A DNA stretch of 64,000 bases, from the NCBI GenBank assembly GCA_964016885.1, contig OZ024755.1:4588001-4652000 (forward strand), given 5' to 3'. A program made the translations under genes and the position numbers. The notes under the pieces were generated by a model. It did not search any database and was not told where the DNA came from. It saw only the letters and a list, made by a program, of their open reading frames with translations. This document shows, in pieces, positions 24,600 to 37,789 of the stretch; the first letter of the stretch is position 1; every line of letters starts with the position of its first letter. This stretch comes from Eledone cirrhosa. Its lineage: Eukaryota.

Positions 24600-24815
24600 C
24601 TACCAACGATTGTATCGGCTGCTCTCTCCCAGGTTTGTGGTAGAGCCTGTAGCAGTGGAGACTTCCGGCATTATTGGCCCTCGGGCCACATCCCTACTCA
24701 CTGTTATTGGAGTGGAGTTGGCTGCCTTTAAGTGCAAGTGAGCTCAGCCAGGTTACGAGTGGCTGTTCCAGCGCGTTCCCACCACCGTCCTAAGGGGCAA
24801 TATTTTCTCTATCCA
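24600..24815 (+). mobile_element. Divergent CRE-clade non-LTR 3' fragment
   Basis: RFVVEPVAVETSGIIGPRATSLL...WLFQRV...VLRGN with an internal stop. A shorter remnant lies at about 17707-17790 (-). Confidence 0.6.
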
Positions 24816-25660
24816 GTGGGGGCGGGGACCATTAAGTGACCAAAGCCTTAAGTTTCATTTATTGTAGTGGTGCTATGTAGAACAGATTTACTTCCATAAA
24901 CATGATTTATAAACCTGTTCTTCCTATACGAACGCCCTTTGTTGCATGGCAGCTCTTTATATAGCCACGGAAAACCCAGCAACTTTTTAACTTCGCAGTA
25001 AAATCAATAATTATAAATATAGGACGATCAAAGCAGATTTTTTGCAAGAATCTACTTTCATGATATGAAGTTTGATGTCATAGACAATAGAAGTGACGTA
25101 ATTTGAGCGGTCCCATTGGAACATTTCCGTTAACAATAATTGACTTAACGTCACGTAGTTTTGAATAAAGTGTGTTAATAGGACATTGAAGATAGAGTCA
25201 AGAAATTAGGTGAGAATTTACAAATCTGAAAGATTAGATTAGCTTAATTATTACTTAATACTTACGGAACTGGTGACAAGTCAATGGCTTTTCAAACATA
25301 TATCTTACATTTGCTCCAGCTTAAGACTTTGCATTTCTTCTCACTTATCGTTGAATGCCAGTTATTTGCTTTCTACTTATACACTTATTGTTGGCAATAG
25401 TTCACTACTTTATTATATTAATTATCTAACCGTTTTTCATTTAGTTCCTCCCTTTCGTTCGTTCTTGCTTTCTCTCTCTCTCTCTCTTTCTTTCTTTTAT
25501 CTCTTTCTATCTATCTTTATTTCGTTCTTTCTTTCTTTTTTACTCTGACCGACATAAATATTCTCAACAGCTTTTTTTTTTTTTGTAATATTTTTTTTTT
25601 GTAATATGTCACTCTGAATTGGAATAAATGGTGTGTTCCGCCGCTGTTAGAATTGAACTA

Positions 25661-26065
25661 CGAGTGCTGGTTGAAAAGTTCATTGGCTGACTATGAAGGA
25701 TTGATGCGAGAGCTGTGAAATCTTGCATGCATTAAATTACAACTGTTCTTATTAATAACTGCATTGTTTCTTTCCAGGGACTTTGTTGAAAAATAAACCT
25801 CATTTGGTCATTCCATGAGAGTATCTTGGTCAGCCTATGAACTTTTCAGCTGATCCTCGAATATTGAAAAATAAACCTCATTTGGTCATTCCATGAGAGT
25901 ATCTTGGTCAGCCTATGAACTTTTCAGCTGATCCTCGAATATTGAAAAATAAACCTCATTTGGTCATTCCATGAGAGTATCTTGGTCAGCCTATGAACTT
26001 TTCAGCTGATCCACGTATGTTGAAAAATAAACCTCATTTGTTCAGCCTATGAAATTTTCAGCTAT
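25661..26065. mobile_element. mariner-type MITE with tandemly amplified right end (78-bp unit)
   Basis: TA|CGAGTGCTGGTTGAAAAGTTCA...TGAACTTTTCAGCTGATCCACG|TA. Units start at 25787, 25865, 25943 and 26021. Confidence 0.72.
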
Positions 26066-26480
26066 TTTTTCACTAAAAATATCTAATACGGCGGAAACAT
26101 TGTTTCTATCCCCTCAACTAATATAATGTTTTTAAACTTTTATAAGGCTCGGAGGAGGGGAAGGTAGGTAAGTCAATTTAACCCATGGCCGTTAACACAG
26201 TGGAGTTTTTCCACCCTTTGGCAGATCTTGTTTTGGTATTGCTGGGTTTAGTCGTAGACCACCTGACCATGAAACAGGTTGTACAGGGCTGCATGGCACC
26301 AGTAGCAGTTAGTATAGAAATAACTTCTACAGGTCTAGAACTGTTTCATTCGAAGGAAATCATCAAGAAAGCTTTCTATATTAATTTTTGCTTTATATAT
26401 ATATATATATATTACTGCATATCTCTCTATATATACAACACTTATCGAGTCCTCTCTGGTTTTGATATTTGCATTTATTA

Positions 26481-26581
<101 letters not shown>

Positions 26582-26711
26582 GTCTCTCACGCCAGCACCA
26601 ACAGTTTTGCAAGAGATGTCAACATCAATGGACCTGTTATTTTTATCTAAATACATTTTAGATACAATTCCAACCCGCCTGTCCCCTCAATCTATCTTAT
26701 TTCTCATTCTT

Positions 26712-26747
26712 TCTTCTGATGAAGGACTAGCGTCCGAAACGTTAAGA
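26712..26747 (+). ncRNA. Penelope-type minimal hammerhead ribozyme motif
   Basis: UCUU-CUGAUGA-A-GGAC(uagc)GUCC-GAAAC-GUU-AAGA with a palindromic ACGU stem III. Relatives at about 35378-35411 (core mutated) and 43978-44001 (5' truncated). Confidence 0.65.
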
Positions 26748-26824
26748 CCCTCTTCCTGCTATATCAAGCGTTAACCTAATATATCCCTTCCATATACTGT
26801 ACCGATTGTGTTGTTATTTCTGTT

Positions 26825-26912
<88 letters not shown>

Positions 26913-27242
26913 GTAATCTGTACGTCATAAAGGAAAGTAAATTACTGTTGATTGTATTAAAATGGAACACGATGGAACCTGCTGTTAAATATCATAGGAG
27001 CAATAATTGTTTCTACTTTAGGCACAAGGCCAGCAATTTGAAAAGGCGGGGGGGGGGTCGATTAATTCGACTCCAGTGTATTACTGGTGCTTTATTTATC
27101 GATCTCGTAAGGATGAAAATTTGGTAAAGCTGTCCTCGGCAGGATTTGAACTCAGAACGTAAAGGGCCGTAACTCTATGCCGCAAACACATACCCACATA
27201 CCTACACACCCCCATAGCTTCAACTAATCAAACATCAGATAT

Positions 27243-27418
27243 CCCATATAACATGACATATTGACACCCCCATATAACATGACATATTGACACCCCCATA
27301 TAACATGACATATTGACACCCCCATATAACATGACATATTGACACCCCCATATAACATGACATATTGACACACCCATATAACATGACATATTGACACACC
27401 CATATAACATGACATTGA
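27243..27418. repeat. Minisatellite, 26-27-bp unit ccccatataacatgacatattgacac
   Basis: About 6.5 units. Confidence 0.92.
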
Positions 27419-27488
27419 CTAATGACAAGTTGACAATTGCAACTTCTGTCATAATACTACTACTACTACTACTACTGCTGCTACTGCT

Positions 27489-27664
27489 GCTACTACTACT
27501 ACTACTACTACTGCTGCTGCTGCTACTACTACTACTGCAGCTACTACTGCTGCTGCTGCTGCTGACTACTACTGCTGCTGCTACTACTACTACTGCTGCT
27601 GCTGCTGCTATTGCTACTACTACTACTGCTGCTGCTGCTACTACTATGACAGAGATAAGAATAA

Positions 27665-27731
<67 letters not shown>

Positions 27732-27750
27732 AGTATATATATGTATGTAA

Positions 27751-27802
<52 letters not shown>

Positions 27803-27821
27803 TTACATACATATATATACT

Positions 27822-27888
<67 letters not shown>

Positions 27889-28063
27889 TTATTCTTATCT
27901 CTGTCATAGTAGTAGCAGCAGCAGCAGTAGTAGTAGTAGCAATAGCAGCAGCAGCAGCAGTAGTAGTAGTAGCAGCAGCAGTAGTAGTCAGCAGCAGCAG
28001 CAGCAGTAGTAGCTGCAGTAGTAGTAGTAGCAGCAGCAGCAGTAGTAGTAGTAGTAGTAGTAG

Positions 28064-28064
<1 letters not shown>
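27489..28064. repeat. Perfect 576-bp palindrome centred in (TA)n
   Basis: Arms mirror about 27776/27777 (coordinate sum 55553) at every point I checked; the opposite-strand ORFs 27228..27812 and 27741..28139 translate identically across the arms. Confidence 0.92.
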
Positions 28065-28120
<56 letters not shown>

Positions 28121-28199
28121 TATATATATATATATATGAATAAATTTAGTCCTTCATCAGTGATCTGCCAACCTTCATTGGTATTTCATCGCTTTAAAG

Positions 28200-28550
28200 A
28201 CCATATACATTCGGTTGGTGCGAGCAACGGCTAAAGAAAGTCGTTGGGACACGTAAATAAGGGGAACGAGCGAGACTGTACACAATCAAAGATGGTAATA
28301 CAACGAAAAGTGAGGAAGAAGGAGTCAAGTCCCTGAAATCGATGAATATAAGTTCTATGAAATCGTGGACGAAAGAGAATAAAGACCATCAAACCTGGTC
28401 GAAAAGCTAACTAAAGACATTTTCTAGATGACCTTTGGAAGATTCCTGAACTGAACAATAGCAGAGATATCAGAGATCGTCAAAAATCGTGGGCGATCGT
28501 CAAAAATCTAAGTCCTTATAAGTCTTTATAAGTCTTTATAAGTCTTTATA
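28200..28550 (+). mobile_element. Degenerate RTE-like 3' fragment with (TAAGTCTTTA)n repeats
   Basis: LGHVN..., P.TW...KD and W..IV remnants; heavily decayed. Confidence 0.4.
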
Positions 28551-29877
28551 ATAAGCAAGATATAAGTCAGTGTAAACTTCTTCCGTTAAGTTATTATTTA
28601 TTGGTTTCCTTTCTCTTCACACACTCTATACAGGTAAGTTAGCTGCTTTTTTTAAAATTTAATTTAACCTTATTTTGGAAAAAAAAAAGAAACTTGCCTC
28701 CTTTCTTTTCATACACTAACTACATAAAGATAAGTTATCTGTTGTTTTGGGGCTTTTTTAAAATTTAATTTAACCAAATTATTTATGGGAAAAAAAAAAA
28801 AATAGACAAAACTATTTTTCTTCGGCACTTATGTTTAGCCAACACAATCATCATCACCATCACCACCACCACCACCACCATCGCCAACACCACCACCAAC
28901 AACACCAACATCACCACCACACTATCAACACCACCATCACCATCGTCAACACCACCACCAACAACAACAACAACACCATCACCATCACCACCATCACCAC
29001 CAACACCACCAACACCACCACCACCATCACCAACACCACCACCAACACCAACATCACCACCACCACCACTACCACCATCATCACCACCACCATCCCCACC
29101 ACCACCACCACCACCACTACCACCATCAACACCAGTACACATATTTCCAAGTCGGGTGTTTTTTTATCGAGCCCTTTTTGTCGGACCGCTAAACCATTTC
29201 AGCTGGCGAAATATCTTAGCTGATATTGAATTAAGTTATATGATTTATGACTCAGGAACTCAGCTAAGGCAGTGGTATAGAGTGAATTACTGATATGGCA
29301 TTGACCGAGTCGATCAGAAACTGACTAGGTCTAAAAATAACAATGATGAAACCACCACCACCAACAGCAACACCGCCACCAAATTATAAAGTAATGCAAG
29401 AGTCCTTCAAGGAACAAGAAACGAACTGTATTGCAAGTAACTTTCTACCATTTTCAGCTCAAGAAATATTGATTCTCTTTGAACTCGAATCAACTAAGCA
29501 TTAATCATTAAGCAAATATAATAAAATGCAAATCTGAAAGTGGTTTCCCACCGTTTAATATCGTTTGTTCCACTTAACAAACAATAGTAAACAAGATGTA
29601 ATGTCATCGAGATCTTACAATCTCAGCGCAAGTCAATGTCGCGTGATTCATCATTTAAGAAGACTATAACTTGAATTTTGAAAATTACTAGGAAACGAAA
29701 TAAGTAACTTCTTTTTCTTTTTCTTTTTCTTTTTCTTTTTCTTTTTTTTCTTATTTTTTCTTTTTCTTTTTCTTTTTCTTTTTCTTTTTCTTTTTCTTTT
29801 TCTTTTTCTTTTTCTTTTTTTTCTTCTTCTCCTTCTTTTGTAATTTCTCTAGGTTGTCTCCGTTTTCTTTTTTTTCT

Positions 29878-30998
29878 TTTAAAAACCAGAATTAGTCGTT
29901 TAGTTTATATATTGAGACCCCCAACCCATCCTATTTATTTTATAACGTATGGGATTTCTTTTTTTTTTTGTCATTTGTAAGGCTTGTTTTTTTAATGTTT
30001 AAAGAAAATTAATTGCCGCAGGAATGTATACCACTTTAAATAAAGATTAGCAAAATTTAATAAGTGAGGATTAGAGGTGGTGGTGGTGATGGTGGAATAA
30101 GAGCTGGGTGGGGATTGTTGGAAAAAATCTGAAAAATTAATAAGTGTGGGGTGGGGATGAATTATTCGAGACCTGAGAGTACGTGAAATGAAAGGGCTAC
30201 AAGGAGGGAATTGAATTTGGGTGGTAGATTCCCTCTACGGGAGGTTTACTTTAATTTATGGCACACACGGGGAGCCGAACATTCCTCAGCCAAAACTTGG
30301 ATCTATAAATCATACGAAACAATTTCCTGGCTGCCATTCCTAAGAGGACTGTAAATATTCCTAATTGAAAGTGACTGAGTGTGTGTGCGTGCGTGGGGGG
30401 GGGGGGGTGACTGAGTGTGTATGAATGTGTGTCAGAGACTCAGTGTATGTGTGTGTAAGAGAGAGAGAGAGAGAGACTGTGTGTATGTATGTGTGAATGT
30501 GTGACTGAGTGTGTGAGTGTATGTGTGTGTGTATGTGTGTACGTGTGTGTGTGTGTATGTATGTGTGATAGTATGTATGTGTGTGTGTGTGAGAGAGAGA
30601 CTGTGTATGTATGTGTGAGTGTGAGAGAGAGTGTGTGAGTGTGTAAGAGAGAGTGAGTGTGTGTGTGTGTGAGAGAGAGAGAGGGGAGGTGAGAGCGTGT
30701 GCCTAAATTGATTTTTAAAAAAACCAGAATTAGTTGTTTAGTTTACATATTGAGACTCCAACTCATCCTATTTATTTTATAATGTATGAGATTTCTAGTA
30801 ATGTTCTTTTTTTTTGTCATGTATAACGTTTTTTTTTTAATGTCTAAAGAAAATTAATTGTCGCAGGAATGCTACCACTTAAAATAAAATTTCGCTGGAG
30901 ATAGACTAGCAAAATTTAATAAGTGGCAAGGTTGGAAAAAATCTTTTAAAAAAATAATAACCAGCGAGGGGTGGGGATTATTCAAGATTCGAGAGTAG
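29878..30998. repeat. Two direct copies (about 29878-30180 and 30714-30998) of a dispersed repeat flanking a GT/GA tract
   Basis: Shared aaaaccagaattagt...cctatttattttataa...gcaggaatg...aaaatttaataagtg. Opposite-strand fragments at about 7720-7790 and 10520-10600. Confidence 0.75.
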
Positions 30999-32397
30999 CT
31001 GTGATCGGCGTTTAGTATAGCAGACGATATCTATTGAACATATATATACAGTCTTCAACAACATTAAAATGGCTGAAAAACATCTAGGACCTTTAAACTA
31101 ACGTATATGCTAATTGGAGGCAGCGAATTGGCAGAGTCGTTAAAACGTCGGATAGAATGCTTTGCGGTATTCGTTCCGGCTCTCTACTCGCTGAGTTCAA
31201 ATCTCACCGAGGTTAACTTTGCCTTTCACTTATACATGGTAGATTCTTCCTCTATATCACTTTCTTACTTCCATCCATTCTCTCACTCTTCCTATCCTTC
31301 TCTGGAAGAAATCCGTTCTATTCAGATCTGTAGAGGAGATGGAATCCGCCAGGCTTAAAAGGCTCAAGAAACGCTGTGTCAATATGGCGCCACTGTGACT
31401 CTCATCTGTAGTTACAGGTCTATACCACATACGATACTATAAACTAATTCAACGAGTTGATATAGTACTGTTAACCTACAGGCTCACAACTGCATAACCG
31501 GGTTTAACTGCCTGAATTGCTCGTTGTGTTTTATGAGCAGTATGCTTACTTCTGTACACTTCAAGCCAACTGTTAGGAACACGTTTGTTTGCGAATTGCA
31601 TGTGTTTACGCGTTATTTGATATAGATCATCCAATATGTTATGACTGTCAATATTTTCACAAGTCGAGTAGATAATACTAAACTTGTATTTTTTTTTTTT
31701 TTTTTACATTTTACAAGAGAGTAAAGAAAGTAAAAAAGTGAAGCCGTAGATCTGGTTGTAAAGTTAGTTGTCAGGTCAGTCAAGAGTGATAAATGTTTAA
31801 AACAAAACAAATAAATAAAAAAACGAAATTGTACACGACGAGAAATTACTGAGTGAAGTGAGGTCCAATTACTAACTCAATGTTATGTCAGAACTTATAT
31901 TATATTGCACACAAAATCCATGACTATTTAAAAAAAAGAAAAATGAAAATCATAGACAGTGTCTTTCGTTAGAAATATGGTGAGACCGTTTACTTTGGTG
32001 ATTAAAATGAGGCGACGAATTAGCATTTCCGTGGAAATGCTTTTACCATTTTGTCCGCAGGTCGCAGCCGAAACACCACCCTGACCTCAGTGTAAAGTCT
32101 ATCACATTTTCCTTTCCCTCCTTTCTTTCTTCCTTTCTCTAATAGTCCTTGCTCTTCCCTCTCATTTTCCTCTCATTTATGCCATTTATAGTTCTTTCCA
32201 ATACTGCTTTCTTTTTATGTATGTTTATATAACTTTATTACTAAATAAAACTGCAAACCTTAAACCTTAACTATGTTTAACTCCTAACACTAATCCTTAT
32301 TGCTAACCCTAAAACCTACGTAATTAGATTGGTTTTCATTATAAGGTATATAAATGAAGTGGATGGCTTCATTATATATTATATTATATTATATATG

Positions 32398-32638
32398 TGA
32401 AGGCGCATGGCTTAGTACATTGGGCTTGCAATCGAAAGGTTGTGAGTTCAATTCTCGGACCGGGTGATGTGTTGTTTCCTTGAGCAAGACACGTTATTTC
32501 ACGTTGCTCCAGTTTACTCAGCTGTAGAAATGAGATGATAGGACTGGGGACCCTATCATTAAATCACCCAAGATACCTCCAACGAGATATACCTTGGAGG
32601 AGGCCAGCTAAACCTGCATAGTTGTGAGCTGTCACACA
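32398..32638 (+). mobile_element. tRNA-derived SINE family 2
   Basis: gaaggcgcatggcttagt...gagttcaattc...ccttgagcaagacac core. Near-identical copies at about 4645-4892 (-) and 18330-18557 (-); related copies at 53895-54240 (+), 42210-42465 (-) and 2255-2760 (+). Confidence 0.85.
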
Positions 32639-33324
32639 CACATATAAATACATTAATCGATATATTGGAAGAAACGTACAATAAGAACAAACCCCAAGAT
32701 TCTTCTTCTTTTTTTTTTTTTTTAGAGAGAAAAGTTTTAAGATTCTGAAAAAAAAGAAGAAAAAGAAAGGTTTTTTCCCTTTAATTTTTCAAGTCTGGGT
32801 TTTTCTCCTCTTTGGAGGACACAACTTTTGCATTCCTCCCAACACTTTTATGAACTGTTTTAAACATAAGTGATTGTGATTCAACAAGGAAAAGATAGGG
32901 TTATGATTAGGATTTGCGGATAGAGTGTGTGGGGTTTTTTTTTGGGGGGGGGGGGTAAGCTTTAGGGCCAGTGGCGCATATTTAGATTCTGGGGACTTGA
33001 ATTGTTATGGGGTTCCCTCCATAACTAGCAACGATAGGGCGACAATAGGACAATAAATTTCTGCTGGGCTCACCACAGAATAAAGGGCACTGAAGCTTCA
33101 TTAGTTCCATAGTAGATCCGACATTGGATAGGGTTAAGATGTAGGTTTTAGGGTTGGCAATAGGGGTTAGAGTTAGGAGTTCAACATGGTTAAGGTTTAA
33201 GGTTTGCAGTTAGGATTGACGGTCACCACAGAATAAGGGGCACTGAAGCTTCATTAGTTCCATAGTAGATCCGACATTGGATAGGGTTAAGATGTAGGTT
33301 TTAAGGGTTGGCAATAGGGATTAG

Positions 33325-33742
33325 ACTGAAAGAATACGATCGCGAATACAAGCAGCCGAAATAGGGTTCCTCCGAAGGGTCTTTGGAGTAACGTTACTCG
33401 ACGGAGTGCGTAGCTCAGAGATCAGAGAGTCATTCCAGGTAGAGCCACTACTACTCCGAATTGAGATATCACAGCTCCGATACTATGGGCAGTGGTTAGA
33501 ATGTCTCAGGAAAGAATCGCTGGACAGATTTTAAGAGTATAACCAACCGGCAGGATACCCAGGGATAGACACCGAGCAAGATGGTTGGACAATATCCTTG
33601 AGCTTGGCTGGTCTCGCTTGGGTATCAAGCCAGATCAATTAGAGACGGTTGCTTCTGACAGGACCCGTTGGAAGGAGCGTTTGAGGACTCTGCCTCCACA
33701 ACTCTCTCAAGAAGAAGAAGAAGAAGAAGAAGAAGAAGAAGA
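33325..33742 (+). mobile_element. RTE LINE 3' fragment ending in (GAA)n
   Basis: RIQAAEIGFLRRVFGVTLLDGVRSSEIRESFQVEPLLLRIEISQLRYYG...DRTRWK, then a GAA tail. Confidence 0.8.
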
Positions 33743-33892
33743 ATACTTGTACTTATTCGGCGTTTCAGTGCAGCACTCGTTGTAGAACGCCGGTTTCGCC
33801 AGATCGTTTGCTCGGAATTATTTACAGACGCTTTATAATGCCTACTATAACATCCGTTAACTACAACCATATTTTCAACGGAGAAATAAATA

Positions 33893-34664
33893 TCTTTAGT
33901 CTATAACAATTTTTGCGTCACTTCAACTGGACTCAGAAGCAACAGACTTTCTCCTAGTAAGTAGAAAATACATCTACAGTGCATATTTTCCACAATCAGT
34001 TCAGCTCTACTCCGATTGCATTTTCAATGTTTCTACTTACAACACATTCTCTCCCTTTTGTTTTTGTTTTCTTTATATTTTCTTATTTTGCATTCCATTC
34101 TTTCTTTTAAACTGTATTTACATGATTAAAAAAATTACAAGTAAACTACAATCGTAAAATATTCGATGTTTTAGAATCGATTTGCAATAACAAAAAGTAT
34201 GTTACTCGTTTCTGGAAAGGTGTTTAAGCATAACTCGTTCTGTGATACTATGCCAATTAGAAGTTAAGGGACAAAAGACTTGCATGAAGGGCTTGTATTC
34301 GCGATAGTATTTCTAATTTTACTTTAACTTAATCCCCCAAATCCAAGCCATTGGCTCATTTGTGTTATTTCCTTAAACTCATGCGTTTTTTTTCTTCTAA
34401 TATACGTTAAATGCTTCTTTGTACCAAATTTAATCGAATAGAAAAATGGTTTCAAGATTTTTTCCTCCTTAACAAGACTTTGGATTTCATTCGGTGTTGT
34501 AGAGATTCTCCAACTGTCTTTAGTTCAAGAAGAGGTTGCGGATAGTTTATCCACCAAAAAGTTTGTAATAAAAGAATTATTCAACTAAAAACTTGGTTTT
34601 GTACCCTTTTTATATTCACAATACTACAATTAGCCGTCAGTTTTGACGGCACGGGGCCAGCTAG
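33893..34664 (+). mobile_element. Non-autonomous Helitron
   Basis: 3' hairpin GCCGTCA-gttt-TGACGGC (34633-34650), 10 nt, then CTAG|T. Candidate 5' end A|TCTTTAGTCTATAA at 33893 is less certain. Confidence 0.62.
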
Positions 34665-35041
34665 TTATTATTCTAATTGACTACAGACGTTCTTTGACGG
34701 TAATGTTCCTTCCAACTTTTATACGGCCCTTTATGGTCTGAGTTCAAATCCCGCCGGGGTTAACTTACGGGGTCGATAAAATAAAGTACCAATAATACAC
34801 TGGGATAATTGCTGGCCTTGTGTCAAAAGTAGAAACAATTAATTATTTTAATTGACTACAAATGTTCTTTCTTTCTTCTTTTTTTTTATCAGGAAGCAAA
34901 GAATCTACTCGGCGTTTAAAAATGTCAACTACACAAAACTGGAAATCCTTCAGAACGGTATTCAAAAGAAAATTTGATACCGTTTTATCGTATCTAAAAT
35001 CGTCAAAAACAGAGTAAGGATGAAAAGAAATTTCTTTTTAT

Positions 35042-35142
<101 letters not shown>

Positions 35143-35154
35143 CCACACAGAACA

Positions 35155-35194
<40 letters not shown>

Positions 35195-35823
35195 GACACA
35201 CAGACACACACACACACACACACACACACACAACCTCACACACAACCACACCTGGACTATCCACTACGATCCCCACACCCCGAATGCCGGACCACTCACT
35301 CACCACCCCCTACCTAAAAACCTTTTTCTAACAATTTTTTCCAAACTTTTATGTACCTTCCTGCACGAACTCTCCATTTCCCGACAAAGGACTTCTATCC
35401 GAAACGTAGAACCCTCCTCCACTTCCTCCCAAGCGTGATTCTACTAATACTTTGTAGTTTTGCATCCCTGTGTTTATTTTGTTTCATTTGTTCAATCAAA
35501 TTATTTTTATATTTTTAAATTATTTGACCCATTCAAAGGTCATTTGACATTGTTTGGGAGATTGTCGCCCATTAATGGACTCCTCTTAAATCCTGGTGGA
35601 GTCGGAGGAGCGCTGTTGTGACATACAGCGTCTCTTGGGCATCTTAAACCCGACGGAGCCCACCCCCTCCAAGAATGGATACAATCAATTTCTTCCAGAT
35701 GAGAGAAAAAGAGGGGGTGGAGAGAGAGGAGAGAGACAAGGGGGAGAGAGAGAGAGAGTGATAGAGAGGATGTGTAAAAGAGATATAGAGGAAGAACTGA
35801 CTCCAGTACAGGAGAGGTACTTT

Positions 35824-35899
<76 letters not shown>

Positions 35900-36840
35900 T
35901 CCGCCAAAATAGTTTTGTTTGGAGAAGAAACCGAATGCTAATTATTCCTTTCGAAAGAACGATGGGTTTCTGTATTTTAATCACAAATCAACTGTACTCA
36001 GGCAACCTAGTCGATTAGACCGACACCAGTATATGACAGGTACTAATAATTCAAAGAAAACAGAATTACTCTCAGTCACTTCACGCCACGGAAACCGACA
36101 TAAGCGCCGGGCACGAGACTTTAATTCTGCGATGGACTGACGTCCCGTCCAGGGGTGAGTCTTCTACTCTCAGTCACTTCACGCCACAGAAACTGGGATA
36201 AACACCGGCCCGATGAGATTCAGGGTTCGAGACAGACTTTAGACCTTTTGGGGGGGGGGGGGGGAGTATGAATCTATTAGTTTTAGAATGTTTTTTGTGG
36301 TGGTTCAAGCCCTGGACGGGAACACCTGTAAATTAAAGGTATTCCGATTGTGAACTTACTATGTTGAATTGATGTTTTGTTTTGGGTGGGTTTTTTTTTT
36401 ACGTTTTGATTGAATGTTTGTGTGCATTTGGCAGTATCGGTAGAGGGTCGGACGCCATGCTTTGCAGCAAAGAGTTACGGCCCTTTATAGTCTGAGTTCA
36501 AATCCCGTCGAGGTTAACTTTGCCTTTCATCCTGACGGGGTCGATAAAATAAAGTACCAGTAATACACTGAGGTAATTGCTGGCCTTGTGCCAAAAGTAG
36601 AAACAATTATTTTAGGATGTTCACACCCTCGATAAAACAAGCAGTAAGCTACCGTAATGCCGAATTTTCAGAGAGATTGTTGCCTTTTAGTGAAAATAAT
36701 TCAGTCCCCCAATGCCCACGAAAAAAAGAAATAAATGAATTCATAGTAACATTTAAAATAAAGAAATAAATAACCCGAAATTTACTTCCTAATATTTCGT
36801 TTCGTTTGGGAAAACCCATAACCTACATGTGAAGGTTTTT

Positions 36841-37760
36841 TCTGTATTTCCCCCACCGCTATGTTGTTGTTATGTACACTTCTCTATTTCCCCCCACCGT
36901 TATGTTGTTGTTATGTAGACTTCTCTATTTCCCCCACCGTTATGTTGTTGTTATGTAGACTTCTCTATTCCCCCCACCGTTATGTTGTTGTTATGTAGAC
37001 TTCTCTATTTCCCCCACCGCTATGTTGTTGTTATGTAGACTTCTCTATTTCCCCCACCGTTATGTTGTTGTTATGTACACTTCTCTATTTCCCCCACCGC
37101 TATGTTGTTGTTATGTAGACTTCTCTATTTCCCCCACCGCTATGTTGTTGTTATGTAGACTTCTCTATTTTCCCCCACCGCTATGTTGTTGTTATGTACA
37201 CTTCTCTATTTCCCCCACCGCTATGTTGTTGTTATGTAGACTTCTCTATTCCCCCCACCGTTATGTTGTTGTTATGTAGACTTCTCTATTCCCCCCCACC
37301 GCTATGTTGTTGTTATGTAGACTTCTCTATTTTCACCCCCACCGCTATGTTGTTGTTATGTACACTTCTCTATTTCCCCCACCGCTATGTTGTTGTTATG
37401 TAGACTTCTCTATTTTCCCCCACCGCTATGTTGTTGTTATGTACACTTCTCTATTTCCCCCCACCGCTATGTTGTTGTTATGTAGACTTCTCTATTTCCC
37501 CCACCGCTATGTTGTTGTTATGTAGACTTCTCTATTTCCCCCACCGTTATGTTGTTGTTATGTAGACTTCTCTATTTTTCCCCACCGCTATGTTGTTGTT
37601 ATGTACACTTCTCTATTTCCCCCACCGCTATGTTGTTGTTATGTAGACTTCTCTATTTCCCCCACCGTTATGTTGTTGTTATGTAGACTTCTCTATTTTA
37701 CCCCACCGCTATGTTGTTGTTATGTACACTTCTCTATTTCCCCCCACCGCTATGTTGTTT
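36841..37760. repeat. Minisatellite, about 40-bp unit ttctctatttcccccaccgctatgttgttgttatgtagac
   Basis: About 22 units. Confidence 0.96.
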
Positions 37761-37789
37761 ACAGAGTGTGACCTGTATACGAGTGTGTC

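Noticed and set aside
25308-25372. Possible minus-strand exon bounded by AG and GTAAG (KANNWHSTISEKKCKVLSWSK)
   Set aside because: No recognisable homology or partner exons; its end resembles a SINE core fragment.
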